Source: an uncultured delta proteobacterium
GTDB lineage: Bacteria; Myxococcota; Myxococcia; SLRQ01
DNA length: 64,000 nucleotides
NCBI GenBank assembly: GCA_963727485.1
Contig: CAVSGM010000002.1
Location: 992,001-1,056,000, forward strand
Reading direction: 5' to 3'
The position numbers and the translations under genes were made by a program. Positions 1 to 12,700 of the stretch are shown one piece after another. A model generated the notes under the pieces. The model was not told the origin of the DNA, made no database searches, and saw only the letters and a list, made by a program, of their open reading frames with translations. Within the stretch, counting starts at the first letter, position 1, and each line of letters starts with the position of its first letter.

Positions 1-1
1 G

Positions 2-322
2 GTGATCGGCGAGGAGCCTCGTGTAGGCCTGCTCGGCGGCCTGGTCGTGGCCGAGCGCCGCCTGGCTCTTCGCCAGGTAGAACTGCGCCTGGTCGGCCTC
101 GTCGGCCTTGGGGTAGTCCGCCAGGAAGGCCTGGAACCCGGCGACGGCCTGATCGAGGTTCCCGGCGTCGTAGGCGGCCTTGGCCGAGTCGTAGGCCTTG
201 GCGGCGGCGTCATCGACGGTCATCCGCACCCCGCCCACCACCACCGTGGGCTTGGGGCAGCCGGCGAGGAGGACGGTGAGGCCGAGGAGGAGGGGAACGA
301 GGGGACGTAGGCCGCGGGTCAT
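2..322 (-). CDS. N-terminal part of a TPR lipoprotein (YbgF/BamD-like TPRs; possibly an LpoA-like PBP activator), runs off the window edge
   Basis: Manual translation: MTRGLRPLVPLLLGLTVLLAG-C (lipobox), then AYDSAKAAYDAGNLDQAVAGFQAFLADYPKADEADQAQFYLA (TPR); GGAG RBS upstream. Missing from the ORF track because there is no stop in the window. Confidence 0.7.
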   Translation of the reverse strand, partial: MTRGLRPLVPLLLGLTVLLAGCPKPTVVVGGVRMTVDDAAAKAYDSAKAAYDAGNLDQAVAGFQAFLADYPKADEADQAQFYLAKSQAALGHDQAAEQAYTRLLADH

Positions 323-437
323 GGGCATCACTCCGGGCGGGGATGATCCCAGAGGGACCGGGGCGAGTCCAGAGCGGGGCGGCCCCGGGTCCCCGCCCCC
401 GCGCCGGGCGCCGTCCTGGCCGCGCCCCGCACGCCGG

Positions 438-1559
438 TCACTCGCCGCCGAAGATCTCCCGGACCTTCTCGAAGAAGCCCTTGGCGTGGGGATGGACCTC
501 GTCGCCGCTCTCGTCGGCGAGCTGCTGCAGCAGCTCCTTCTGCCTGGCGTTGAGGCCCGTGGGCGTCTCCACCAGGATCCGCACGTGCTGGTCGCCGCGG
601 CCCCGGCCGCCGAGGTGGGGCACGCCCTTGTTCTTGAGGCGCAGCACCTGGCCGCTCTGGATCCCCTCGGGGACCTCGAGGGGCTCGGGGCCGTCGAGGG
701 TGGGGACGGTGATCTCGGCGCCGAGGGCCGCCTGGGCGAAGCTCACCGGGACCTCGCAGAGCACCTCGTCGTCCTCGCGGACGAACACCGGGTGCTCCTT
801 GACGTGGCAGACCACGTAGAGGTCGCCCGGGGGCGCGCCGGGCTCCCCGGCCTCGCCCTCGCCGGCGAGGCGCAGGCGGGTCCCGGTGTCGACCCCCGGG
901 GGCACCTTGACGGTGAGGGTGGACTCCTTGCGGATCTTGCCCCCGCCGCGGCAGGTCTCGCAGGGGTCGCTGACCACCTGGCCCGAGCCGCTGCAGTGGG
1001 GGCAGGTCCGGGAGATGGCGAAGAAGCCCTGGGAGTAGCGGACCTCGCCGGCGCCGTGGCAGGTGGGGCAGGCCTTGGGCGAGGTCCCGGGCTTGGCGCC
1101 GCTGCCCCCGCAGGTCTCGCAGCGCACCTGGCGGGGGATGCGGATCTCGGTCTCGGTGCCGAACGCCGCGTCCTCGAAGGCGAGCTCGAGGTTGTAGCGG
1201 AGGTCGGCGCCCCGGGCCCGGCCACCGCCCCGGCGGCCGCCGAAGATGTCCCCGAAGATGTCGCCGAAGATGTCGTTGATCCCGCCGCCGAAGCCCCCGC
1301 CGCCGCGGAAGCCCGCGAAGGGATCGCCACCGCCGCCCCCGAGGCCGGCGTGGCCGAACTGGTCGTAGCGGGCCCGCTGCTCGGGATCGGAGAGGACCTT
1401 GTAGGCCTCGCTGATCTCCTTGAAGCGGTCCTCGGACTCGGGATCGTCGGGGTTCTTGTCGGGGTGGTACTGCTGGGCGAGGCGCCGATAGGCGCTCTTG
1501 ATCTCGCGGCCCTCGGCGTTCCGGGAGACCTCCAGCACCTCGTAGTAGTCGCGCTTCAA
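438..1559 (-). CDS. dnaJ: Chaperone DnaJ
   Basis: J domain (KRDYYEVL...YHPDKN), G/F-rich linker, four CxxCxGxG zinc-finger repeats; follows dnaK. Confidence 0.98.
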   Translation of the reverse strand: MKRDYYEVLEVSRNAEGREIKSAYRRLAQQYHPDKNPDDPESEDRFKEISEAYKVLSDPEQRARYDQFGHAGLGGGGGDPFAGFRGGGGFGGGINDIFGDIFGDIFGGRRGGGRARGADLRYNLELAFEDAAFGTETEIRIPRQVRCETCGGSGAKPGTSPKACPTCHGAGEVRYSQGFFAISRTCPHCSGSGQVVSDPCETCRGGGKIRKESTLTVKVPPGVDTGTRLRLAGEGEAGEPGAPPGDLYVVCHVKEHPVFVREDDEVLCEVPVSFAQAALGAEITVPTLDGPEPLEVPEGIQSGQVLRLKNKGVPHLGGRGRGDQHVRILVETPTGLNARQKELLQQLADESGDEVHPHAKGFFEKVREIFGGE

Positions 1560-1565
1560 AGCTGG

Positions 1566-3392
<1,827 letters not shown>

Positions 3393-3393
3393 T

Positions 3394-4305
3394 TCAGTCC
3401 CCCTCGTTTCCACCGGGTGGATCGCCGGGCGAGGTGCCCGTCTCTCCGACCGGTCCCCCCGGATCCGGCGCCGCCCCCTCGGGCTCAGCCTCGGACCCGG
3501 CGGCCTCCGCCCCCGCGCCGGCCACCGCGGCCTCGGCCCCGGGGCCGTCCGAGAGCCCGGCGGCCCCCGCGGGCGCCTTGGCCACCACCACCATCGCCGG
3601 CCGCACCAGCCGGCCCTGGAGCGTGTAGCCCCGCATGAACTCCATGGCCACGTGGCCCGCCGGGACCTCGGCGGTCTCCTGCTCCTGCATGGCCTCGTGG
3701 AAGTTGGGATCGAACTTCTTGCCCAGGGCGCTGAACTGCTCGACCCCGTAGCGGGAGAGGACCTCCAGGAACTGCTTGTGGACCATCTCGACCCCGGCGA
3801 CAATCTGCTCGTGGCCGGCCTGACGGGAGGCCTCCATGGCCCGCTCCATGTTGTCGAGGACCGGGAGCAGGTCCTTGAGGAGCTTCTCGACGGCGAACTT
3901 CCGCTCGTCCTCGCGCTCCCGGGCGACCCGCTTCTTGTAGTTCTCGAAGTCGGCGGTGCTGCGCAGCAGGCGGTCCTCGAGGTCCTTGGCCTTCTCCTCC
4001 ATGACCTCGAGCTCGTCCCGGGCCTTGCGCATCTCGGCGAGGGCGCGGATCACCCCCTCACCGGCGCCAGCGGCCGGCGCCCCCGGCGCGTCCGTCTCGA
4101 TCTCGACCTCCACTCCGGGATCGTCACCCTTCTTCCGGCGCTCATAGGAGGCCTCGGCCTCCCGCATCGCCGCCTCCAGCGCCGGATCGACGTCGAACGA
4201 GGCATCGGACGAGGCGTCGGGCCCAGAGGTTACCTCGGAAGTGTCGGCGGGCTGGGCGTCCGCGTCCTCGGGGGTCTGGGGGAGTTTGTCCGGGTCCTCG
4301 GGCAT
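3394..4305 (-). CDS. grpE: Nucleotide exchange factor GrpE
   Basis: [50 protein letters not shown]; lies between hrcA and dnaK. Confidence 0.96.
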   Translation of the reverse strand: MPEDPDKLPQTPEDADAQPADTSEVTSGPDASSDASFDVDPALEAAMREAEASYERRKKGDDPGVEVEIETDAPGAPAAGAGEGVIRALAEMRKARDELEVMEEKAKDLEDRLLRSTADFENYKKRVAREREDERKFAVEKLLKDLLPVLDNMERAMEASRQAGHEQIVAGVEMVHKQFLEVLSRYGVEQFSALGKKFDPNFHEAMQEQETAEVPAGHVAMEFMRGYTLQGRLVRPAMVVVAKAPAGAAGLSDGPGAEAAVAGAGAEAAGSEAEPEGAAPDPGGPVGETGTSPGDPPGGNEGD

Positions 4306-4358
4306 CGTGGGCGGTCTCCAAAGGACGGCGGGGCTGAAGGGTGGCAGGTGCCGGGGGT

Positions 4359-4387
4359 TTGATAGAGGAAAAGGGCGGTGACGGCAA
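4359..4387 (-). promoter_or_regulatory. Putative sigma70-type internal promoter for grpE-dnaK-dnaJ
   Basis: Minus strand TTGCCG-N17-TATCAA in the hrcA-grpE gap. Confidence 0.4.
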
Positions 4388-4397
4388 ATGACGCAGC

Positions 4398-5468
4398 TCA
4401 CGCGTCCTCGTCGGCGAAGGTCCGGGTCAGGAGGCTGGCGGTGTACCCCACCAGGGGCGCCACCCGACCGTAGTCCATTCGGGTGGGTCCAATCACCCCC
4501 AAGGTGCCCAGGACCGTCTCGCCCCGGCGGTAGGAGGCGACCACCACCGACACGTCCTCGCCGGCGAGCTCGGACTCGGCGCCGATGAAGATCTGGATGC
4601 CGCTGGCGTCCTCGGCCCGCTCGAGCATCCGGAGGATCAGCTCCTTGCCCTCGAGGGCCTCGAGGAGCCCCCGGGCCTTGGTGGCGTCGGCGAACTCGGG
4701 GACGTCGAGGAAGCTCGCCGCCCCCTCGACGATGACCTCCGAGGCCGCCCCCGGGGACGCCTCCAGGGCCTCCCGGCCGAGCTCGAGGGCCCGGGCCTGG
4801 AGCTGGTCGTAGGCCGCCCGCTCCTCGACCAGGGCCGCCTCGATGCGCTGGCGGACCTCGGCGATGGTCCCGGTGCCCTCGAGAATGGACTCGAGGTAGT
4901 TGCCCGCCCGGTCGAGCTCGGCCTGGGTCACGTCGACCTCGACGGTGAGGACCCGGTTCTGGACCAGCCCCGCCCCGGTCACCAGGACCGCGAGCACCCG
5001 ATCGTCCCGGAGGCGGATGAAGCGGATCTCCCGGAACACCTCCTGGGCGAGCCGGGGGAGGGCCACCACCGCCGCCAGGTGGGTGAGGCGGTGGAGGACC
5101 TTGCCGGTGTGGAGGAGGCGCTCGGGGACGTCCGCCGGGGGCGGGGCGTACTGGCGATCGACCTGGGCCCGGGCCCGGCTGGCCAGCGGCCGGGTCGGGA
5201 GCAGGGCGTCGACGTAGAGGCGGAAGGCCTTGGAGGTGGGGATGCGCCCGGCGGAGGTGTGGGGCTTGGCGAGGTAGCCGAGGTGCTCGAGGTCGGCCAT
5301 CACGTTGCGCACGGTGGCCGGCGACACGTCGAGGCCGTGGCCCCGGGTGAGGGTCCGGGAGCCCACCGGCTCGGCGTGCTCGATGTAGTCCTGGATGATG
5401 GCCTGGAGGACCCGGACGTCGCGAGTGGAGAGGTCCGGCTCGGCCGCGGTGACCTTCAGATCGGCCAT
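4398..5468 (-). CDS. hrcA: Heat-inducible transcription repressor HrcA
   Basis: AEPVGSRTL, SPATVRNVMADLE, PHTSAGRIPT, LGVIGPTRMDY motifs. Confidence 0.97.
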   Translation of the reverse strand: MADLKVTAAEPDLSTRDVRVLQAIIQDYIEHAEPVGSRTLTRGHGLDVSPATVRNVMADLEHLGYLAKPHTSAGRIPTSKAFRLYVDALLPTRPLASRARAQVDRQYAPPPADVPERLLHTGKVLHRLTHLAAVVALPRLAQEVFREIRFIRLRDDRVLAVLVTGAGLVQNRVLTVEVDVTQAELDRAGNYLESILEGTGTIAEVRQRIEAALVEERAAYDQLQARALELGREALEASPGAASEVIVEGAASFLDVPEFADATKARGLLEALEGKELILRMLERAEDASGIQIFIGAESELAGEDVSVVVASYRRGETVLGTLGVIGPTRMDYGRVAPLVGYTASLLTRTFADEDA

Positions 5469-5519
5469 GTCGCTCGCTCGTCGCCCCCTGGGGCGACCTA
5501 AGTACTTGAAGCTTCTCAA

Positions 5520-5547
5520 AATCTAACGGGCGCCCCCCCCATGTCAA
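5520..5547 (-). promoter_or_regulatory. Putative sigma70 promoter of the hrcA operon
   Basis: Minus strand TTGACA-N16-TAGATT, with an IHF-like TTCAAGTACTTA just downstream. Confidence 0.55.
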
Positions 5548-5625
5548 GGGACCCCGGGCGCCGGGGCCCGGCGGGGCGGCGGCCGGCCCCCCGGCGGGGC
5601 GGCGGCGGACATAAGGCGGGCCGCG

Positions 5626-5655
5626 TTGACGCCCGCTCGGAGGCGCTGCTAGCGT
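5626..5655 (+). promoter_or_regulatory. Putative sigma70 promoter of the lipoprotein operon
   Basis: TTGACG-N18-TAGCGT with an extended -10 TG. Confidence 0.45.
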
Positions 5656-5713
5656 GTCCCTCCTGCGCATCCTGCGCGCCGGAACCCCGTGGCGCAACGG
5701 GGGTTTACCGCTC

Positions 5714-6793
5714 GTGAAGCCCCACCGTCACCGCCTCCCCTTCGTCGCCGTGGTCTGCGGCCTGGCCGTCGTCTCCGCCTGCCAGTGCCAGGACCCGACC
5801 CTGGGCCGCACCCTGCCGCCCGGGGCCCACATCGACACCTTCCAGCAGGCGAAGGTCTCCAAGCTCGACCTCCTCTGGGTCGTCGACAACTCCAAGTCGA
5901 TGATCGAGGAGCAGCAGAACCTCGCCAAGAACCTCCTGAGCTTCTTCCGCTACCTCCAGGAGGACGACGTCGACTACCACATCGTCGTCACCACCACCGA
6001 CGACCTCAGCATGCACGGGCAGCTCGTCGGCCGGCCGGCGCTGCTCACCCCGAGCACCTCGAACGTCCTCGCGGACTTCCAGTCCAACGTCCAGGTGGGC
6101 ATCAACGGCAGCGCCCTGGAGCAGGGCCTCGCCGCGGCCAGCGACGCCCTGAACGCCAACCCCCAGGGGTTTTTGCGGGACGACGCCTACCTGATGCTGA
6201 TCTTCGTCAGCGACGAGGACGACCACAGCTTCGGGGAGCTGCGCTACTACTGGCGGGTCTTCGAGCAGCTCAAGGGCATCGGCAACCAGGCCAAGGTGGA
6301 GATGGGCGCCATCATCGGGCCCCCGTCCAACCCGGACACCGGCGATCCCGGGGGCTGCGAGTCGGCCAACGGCAAGGCCGCCGCCGGGGACCGCTACGCC
6401 GCCCTCATCGACCAGGTGGGCGGGGTCTGGGGCTCCATCTGCGACGCCTCCTTCGACACCACCCTGGAGAAGCTGGGGGCGGCGGCGGTGGGCCTCAAGC
6501 GCAAGTTCCTGCTCTCGGACACCCCCGATCCCTCGACCCTCCAGGTCTTCGTCCACTACCCCTGCACCGGCCGGCCCTCGAAGCTGGGGACCTGCGAGAC
6601 GGTGAAGGACACCTGCCAGGACGCGAACCCGAACAACCGGGACTACCTGTGCACCCCGCCGAAGGGCGCCCCCGACGGGTGGACCTACGAGGCGGCGAGC
6701 AACGCCATCTTCTTCCAGGGGGACTCGGTCCCCGGGCTCAAGGCCACCGTCGAGGTGGTCTACCAGAAGCCCAAGGCCCCGGTGACCCACTGA
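5714..6793 (+). CDS. VWA-fold lipoprotein with MIDAS-like motif
   Basis: Signal peptide ending VSA-C; LDLLWVVDNSKSMIEEQ (DxSxS); LIFVSDEDD; Cys-containing C-terminal domain. GTG start chosen. Confidence 0.75.
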   Translation: MKPHRHRLPFVAVVCGLAVVSACQCQDPTLGRTLPPGAHIDTFQQAKVSKLDLLWVVDNSKSMIEEQQNLAKNLLSFFRYLQEDDVDYHIVVTTTDDLSMHGQLVGRPALLTPSTSNVLADFQSNVQVGINGSALEQGLAAASDALNANPQGFLRDDAYLMLIFVSDEDDHSFGELRYYWRVFEQLKGIGNQAKVEMGAIIGPPSNPDTGDPGGCESANGKAAAGDRYAALIDQVGGVWGSICDASFDTTLEKLGAAAVGLKRKFLLSDTPDPSTLQVFVHYPCTGRPSKLGTCETVKDTCQDANPNNRDYLCTPPKGAPDGWTYEAASNAIFFQGDSVPGLKATVEVVYQKPKAPVTH

Positions 6794-8250
6794 TGCGCCG
6801 CCCGGTCCGAACCCGCCCCGCCCTCGCCGCCGCCCTCCTCGGGGCCCTGGCGCTTGGGGCCTGCGGGGGGCCCTCGCTGGCCCAGGTCCAGCCCCACATC
6901 CACGTCAAGGAGAAGGGCCTGGTGTTCCCGGTGATCCCGGTCCTCAACCACGAGACCCTCGCCGCCGACGTCGACGACACGGGCCAGGCGCCCCTGACCC
7001 TCTCGGCGAAGATCACCGGCCCCGACGCCGACGCCTTCGCCCTGGGGACGGTCGAGAGCCCGGTGCCCGCCGGGGGTACGACCAAGGTGAACGTCACCTT
7101 CACCCCCCCCGACGAGCGCACCTACCAGGCCACCCTGGAGCTTGCCTCCAACGACCCGGACACCCCGGTGGTGAAGGTGAGCCTCGCCGGCGAGGGGAAG
7201 ACCAAGGGCTGCCTTTCCGTCACCCCCGACCACCTCGACTTCGGGACCGTGGGCGAGGGGCAGACCGCGGTGCTGCCCTTCACCCTCACCGCCGGGTGCA
7301 CCGCCCCGCTCCTGGTCGACTCGGTGGCCTTCGCCAAGGGCACCTCCCAGAGCTACCAGCCGGTGGGCTCCTGGGGCTCGGGCACCCTGAACCCCGGCGA
7401 CAGCCTGCCCCTCTCGGTGGCCTTCCGGCCGAGGCCCGGGGAGCAGGTGACCACCGGGACCATCGAGGTCCACTCCGCCGACCCCCTCAAGCCGATCCAG
7501 ACCGTGGCCCTGGCCGCCCAGATCAACCGGGCGCCCATCCCCGACTGCGGCCAGTCCGAGGTCGACGCCGCCCCGGGCGACACCGTGACCTTCGACGGCT
7601 CGGCGAGCCACGACCCCGACGGGAACACGCCCCTGACCTACGCCTGGCGGGTGGACGCCAGGCCCCTGGACTCCAACACCGATCTCGTGGGCGCGGACAC
7701 CGCCAGGCCCACCCTCGACCTCGACGTCCCCGGGGACTGGACGGTGAGCCTTTCGGTCACCGACTCGACCGGGGTGGCCAGCGTGAGCCGCTGCCAGGTG
7801 GCGGTGAAGGCGATCCCCGCGGAGAAGCTCTACGTGGAGCTGGTGTGGGACAACGCGGTCACCGACCTCGACCTCCACTTCCTCGCCCCCAACGCCAGCT
7901 ACGAGGGGGCAAAGGACTGCTGGTGGGCAAACCAGCACCCGGACTTCGGGGTCCAGGGCGACCCCAGTGACGACCCCAGCTGCGGCCCCGACGACCTGGC
8001 GGGCTTCGGCCCCGAGACGGCCACCTACGACACCCCGGCCGACGGCACCTACACGGTGGTGGTCGACTTCCCCAAGGACAACGGCGCCGCCCACCCGGAC
8101 ACCCACGCCACCGTCCGGGTGTACGAGCTGGGGGTGGTGGTCGCCGAGCTCGACCAGGACCTCAAGAAGGCCCACGAGCGGTGGATCGCCGGGACCATCG
8201 ACTGGCCCAGCGGCAAGGTCACCCCCTCCACCAAGGTGACGACCTACTGA
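6793..8250 (+). CDS. Lipoprotein with choice-of-anchor-D/ASH-type Ig domains, a PKD-like domain and a C-terminal YfaP/DUF2135-like domain
   Basis: LGA-C lipobox; LASNDPDTP and LDFGTV motifs; VTFDGSASHDPDG..LTYAW (PKD-like); LYVELVWDNAVTDLDLHF...DDLAGFGPE; TGATG coupling to the previous gene. Confidence 0.75.
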   Translation: MRRPVRTRPALAAALLGALALGACGGPSLAQVQPHIHVKEKGLVFPVIPVLNHETLAADVDDTGQAPLTLSAKITGPDADAFALGTVESPVPAGGTTKVNVTFTPPDERTYQATLELASNDPDTPVVKVSLAGEGKTKGCLSVTPDHLDFGTVGEGQTAVLPFTLTAGCTAPLLVDSVAFAKGTSQSYQPVGSWGSGTLNPGDSLPLSVAFRPRPGEQVTTGTIEVHSADPLKPIQTVALAAQINRAPIPDCGQSEVDAAPGDTVTFDGSASHDPDGNTPLTYAWRVDARPLDSNTDLVGADTARPTLDLDVPGDWTVSLSVTDSTGVASVSRCQVAVKAIPAEKLYVELVWDNAVTDLDLHFLAPNASYEGAKDCWWANQHPDFGVQGDPSDDPSCGPDDLAGFGPETATYDTPADGTYTVVVDFPKDNGAAHPDTHATVRVYELGVVVAELDQDLKKAHERWIAGTIDWPSGKVTPSTKVTTY

Positions 8251-9744
8251 TGGCCCGCGCCCGCGCCATGGCCCTCGCCTTCGGCCTGCTCGCCCTCGCC
8301 GTCGCCGGATGCAAGGGGGCGTCCACCGGGGGGAACGACGGGGGCACCGACGCCGGCGCCGCCGAGTGCCAGAGCCGCGCCGACTGCACCGGCGGCCTGG
8401 TGTGCAAGGGCGGCCAGTGCGTGGGCTGCCAGCGGGACCGGGAGTGCAAGGCCGACGAGAATCTGCAACCCGGTCAAGCAAATCTGCGAGTACCGGCCCT
8501 GCTTCGGCGGCCAGTGCCAGACCCACGCCGACTGCCCCCTGGGACAGTTCTGCGTCCAGGGGCTGTGCCGCAAGCCCTCGAGCACCACCAGCGACGGCTG
8601 CCCCGGGGTCACCCCCTGCGCCACCACCGCCGACTGCCCCGAGGGGTTCAAGTGCAACCCCGACACCCTGGTGTGCGAGGAGAACGTGGGCTGCTACGGC
8701 GACGCCGCCTGCCCCGACGGCTACTACTGCAACCTCGCCACCCACGGCTGCGAGCAGACCTGCACCCAAAGCGACGCCTCGAGCGTGTGCCCGGCGAGCT
8801 ACCAGTGCGCCAGCGGCCGGTGCGTGGAGTGCACCGTCGACGCCGACTGCGGCGCCGGGCTCAAGTGCGACGCCACCGCCGGGCGCTGCGCCGGGACCGC
8901 CACCTGCTTCTCCGACCGGGACTGCGTCCACCCCCTGGTGTGCAACAAGGCCACCGGCCAGTGCACCGACCAGCCGCCCCTGTGCGTCTCCGACGCCGAC
9001 TGCCTCGTAGGCGAGGTCTGCCAGATCCGAACCGGGGCCTGCGTGTCGGCCACCTGCCTCCCCGACGCCCTCGAGCCCAACGACACCGAGGCCAGCGCCG
9101 CCGCGGTGACCCCCGGGCTCTACAGCAACCTCACCCTCTGCGGCGGGCAGCCCGACTGGTTCAAGCTCGACCTCGGGGCCGGGGACCAGGTGAGCCTCAC
9201 GGTGAGCCCGCCGAACCTCGCCGGGACCAACTTCACCACCGTCTTCTACGACCCCACGGGCAGCCAGGTGCTCGGCTCCGGGAGCCTCCAGGTGGACACC
9301 CGCGCCCCCGCCGCGGGAACCTACCCCTTCGTGGTCCGCGCCACCGACGCCCGGGACGACTACACCCTGCGCATCCTGGTGTCCCGGGGGACCCCCTGCG
9401 AGGACGACGCCTACGAGCCCGACGACAGCTTCACCGCCGCCGCCCCCCTCGACGCCGGGGACCACGTGAACCTCATGAAGTGCCCGAACAACGCCGACTG
9501 GTACCTGGTGGCCGTGCCCCGGGGGCAGTCGCTCACCGCGACCCTCCACTCGGACCCCACCCAGGGGCCGCTTGCGCTTTCCGCCTACGACTCCGACGGC
9601 ACCACCCTGCTGGCGAAGACCACCACCACCGCCCCCGACGAGCCGCTGACGGTGACCGGCGCCAGCGCCGACCGGGTCTTCCTCCAGGTGGTCGCCTCGC
9701 CGACCACCCAGAACGCCTACGACCTGAACCTGGTCCTCCAATGA
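8250..9744 (+). CDS. Cys-rich repeat lipoprotein with two C-terminal PPC-like beta-sandwich domains (one +1 indel near 8460)
   Basis: VAG-C lipobox; CxxxxDCxxGxxC repeats; DALEPNDT..DWFKL and DAYEPDDS..DWYLV motifs. Removing one A at 8460-8461 joins the frames (ECKADE-ICNPVKQICEYRPC). Confidence 0.75.
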
Positions 9745-12700
9745 TCCGCCGCCGCCACCTGCCGGGCGCCGGGCCCGCCCTCGCCCTCGCCGGGCTCCTC
9801 CTCGCCCTCGGGGGCGCCGGGTGCTCGGGGAGCCACCCCGGCGCCGACGGCGGCGTCCCCGACTCGGGCCACCTCGACGCCGGGACCGACGGGGGCGTGG
9901 TGGACGGGGGGAGCGACGGGGGCGTCCCCGATGGAGGGACCGACGGCGGCGTGGGCGACGGCGGCGTCGACGGCGGGGTGACCCTGCGCATCGACGCGGT
10001 CCTCCCGGTCCGGGGGCCCGCCGCCGGGGGCACCCGGGTGACGATCCGCGGCGCCGGCTTCGTCAACGGCTTCGCCAAGGTCGGCGACCCGGACATCGAG
10101 ACCAGGACCGCCCTCCTCTTCGGCTCCAACACCGCCATCGACTTCACGGTCATCGACGACGACACCATCCGGGTGGTCTCGCCGCCGGGGACGCCGGGGG
10201 CCCGGGACGTCACCGTGGAGAACCCCAACGGGCAGGCGAGCTGCCCGGGGTGCTTCAACTACTTCACGCCGGTGGCGGCGACCTCGGTGACGCCGGCGTC
10301 CTCGCCCCTCGAGGGCGGGGTCACGGTCACCCTCACGGGCGCGGGCCTGGTCGACGGCACGGTGGCGCTGGTGGGCGACCGGGAGGCTGCCGCCCTCACC
10401 CGGGTGGACGACCAGACCCTCACCTTCGTGGCGCCGCCGGCCGCCTCGCCGGGGCCCGTCGACGTGGTGGTCTACAACGGCAACGGCAAGGCCACCCTCC
10501 GCCGGGGCTTCCGCTACTACGCCGCCCCGCGCCTCGACGCCGTCGACCCGCCGCTGGGCCCGGCCGCCGGGGGCACCCAGGTCCACCTCACCGGCGCCGG
10601 CCTCGGGGACGCCACCGCGGTCAGCTTCGGCGGCCAGGCTGCCACGCAGGTCACCGCCGACGGCCCCGACGCCCTCTACGCGGTGACCCCCGCGGGGACC
10701 GCCGGGACCGCGGTGGACGTCACGGTCACCGGCCCGAACGGCACCCCCACCCTCCCCCAGGGCTTCGCCTACGTGGACCCGGCGGCGGCGGGGGTGAGCC
10801 TGCTCGCGGTGATGCCCGGCCGGGGCCCGGTGGGCGGCGGGGGGACGGCGACCCTGGTGGGCACCGGCCTCGGCGCCGCCGCGCCCCAGGTCCGCTTCGG
10901 GAGCGCCGACGCCACCCAGGTGACCCCGGTGGACGCCAACCGGCTCACGGTCACCGTGCCCCCGGGCGCCGCCCCGGGCCCGGTGACGGTCCAGGTGCGC
11001 AACGCCGGAGGGGGCGCGGCGCTGACCGGCGGCTACACCTACCAGCCCGCCCTCTCGGTGGGCGCGGTGACCCCGGCCACCGGCCCCGCCGCCGGGGGCA
11101 CGGCGATCACCGTCCACGGCAGCGGGTTCACCGCCGGCGCCCTCGACGTCCGGGTGGGGGCCCTGCCGGCGACGGCGGTCACGGTGGTCGACGACGGCAC
11201 CCTCACCTGCACCACCCCCGCCGGGAGCCCGGGGCCCGCCGACGTGGTGGTGGGCACCGGCACCGGCGCCGCCCGGGTGGAGGCCACGGCCGCCTCGGCC
11301 TTCGTCTACACCGCGCCGCTCTCCCTGGCCCAGGTGGACCCCGAGCGCGCCGCCCAGTCCGGGGGCACCCGGGTGACGGTGTGGGGCACCGGGTTCACCG
11401 ACCAGACCCAGGTGGCCTTCGGGGGCGCGGGCGCCACCGTCCTCTCGCGCCTCGGCCAGAGCCGCCTCGTGGTCACCGTGCCCCGGGGCGACCCGGGCCT
11501 CGTCGACGTCACCGCCGACGACGGGGGCCAGCACGCGGTCCTCACCAAGGCCTTCCAGTACTACGACCCGGCGAGCTCCCGGGGCGGCGCCTCCGGGGGC
11601 CCCATGGCGGGCACCCTCGACGTCACCACCCTCGACGCCTACGTCGGCGCCCCCATCCCCGGGGTCCACGTGCTCATCGGCACCAATCCCACCACCACGC
11701 TCCAGGGCCTCACCGACGACCGGGGTCAGATCACCTTCTCCGACCCGAGCCTGGTCAAGCCGGTGATGGTCACCGCCGATCGCGACGGCTACCAGGCGGT
11801 GTCGGTGGCCCGCCTCGACGCCCGGGACCTCACCGTCTACCTCACCCCCAACTCGGGCCACGGGGGCACCGCGCCGCCGTCGCCGCCCCCGGCCTTCGTG
11901 GGCGGGGCCAGCGGGAGCGCCGCCCCGCCGCTGGGCCGGGTGTGCGGCTTCAAGCTCCCGCCGTCGGTGCAGCTCGGCAAGAACCAGACCGCCGAGGCCC
12001 GGGTGGCCATCACCTCCCCGTCCATCACCTACCTCCCGCCGTTCTCCAGCGGGCCGAGCTACCAGGAGGTCACCAAGGACTGCGGCACCTACAGCCTCCC
12101 CTCGCGCCCGGGCTCGGTGAGCGTCTACGCCGTCTTCGGGGTCAAGACCTCCACCACCGACCCCCAGACCGGCCAGACCTCGTCCACCTTCAAGCCCTAC
12201 CTGATGGGCATCACCCGGGGCGTCGAGGTGCCGGGGATCTCGCCGCCGACCTGCAGCGCCAACCAGAGCTGCCCCGGCGGCTTCACCTGCGGCCAGAAGC
12301 AGTTCGACCCCTCGCAGCCGAGCGCGTTTGCCTACTGCCAGTGCAACACCGACGCCGCCTGCCCCACCGGCCAGTTCTGCAACGCCGCCGGCGGCTGCCA
12401 GCCGCCGCTCCACGCCGACGTGATCCTCTCCATGCACATGGACCAGTCGATCCCGGCCACCCTCGTCCAGCCGCCCACGAGCCCCGACGGCCAGACCCTC
12501 CACACCGCCTACAGCTACCTCGACCTCGGCGCCGACGGCGCCATCTACCTGGGCCAGGTCCAGGGCACCGCGCCCACCTTCAGCTTCACCCGCCAGCCCG
12601 AGCTCCCAGGCGACGGCTTCGTCTTCCTCGACATGGCCTCCGACAACGGCGCCTACCCCCTCTCGCTCTTCTACCGGCGCCAGCTCGGCGACCTCTCGAG

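Noticed and set aside
9840..9980. GACGG(C/G)GG(C/G) repeats
   Set aside because: They encode the DGG low-complexity linker common in myxobacterial lipoproteins and are not a DNA element.
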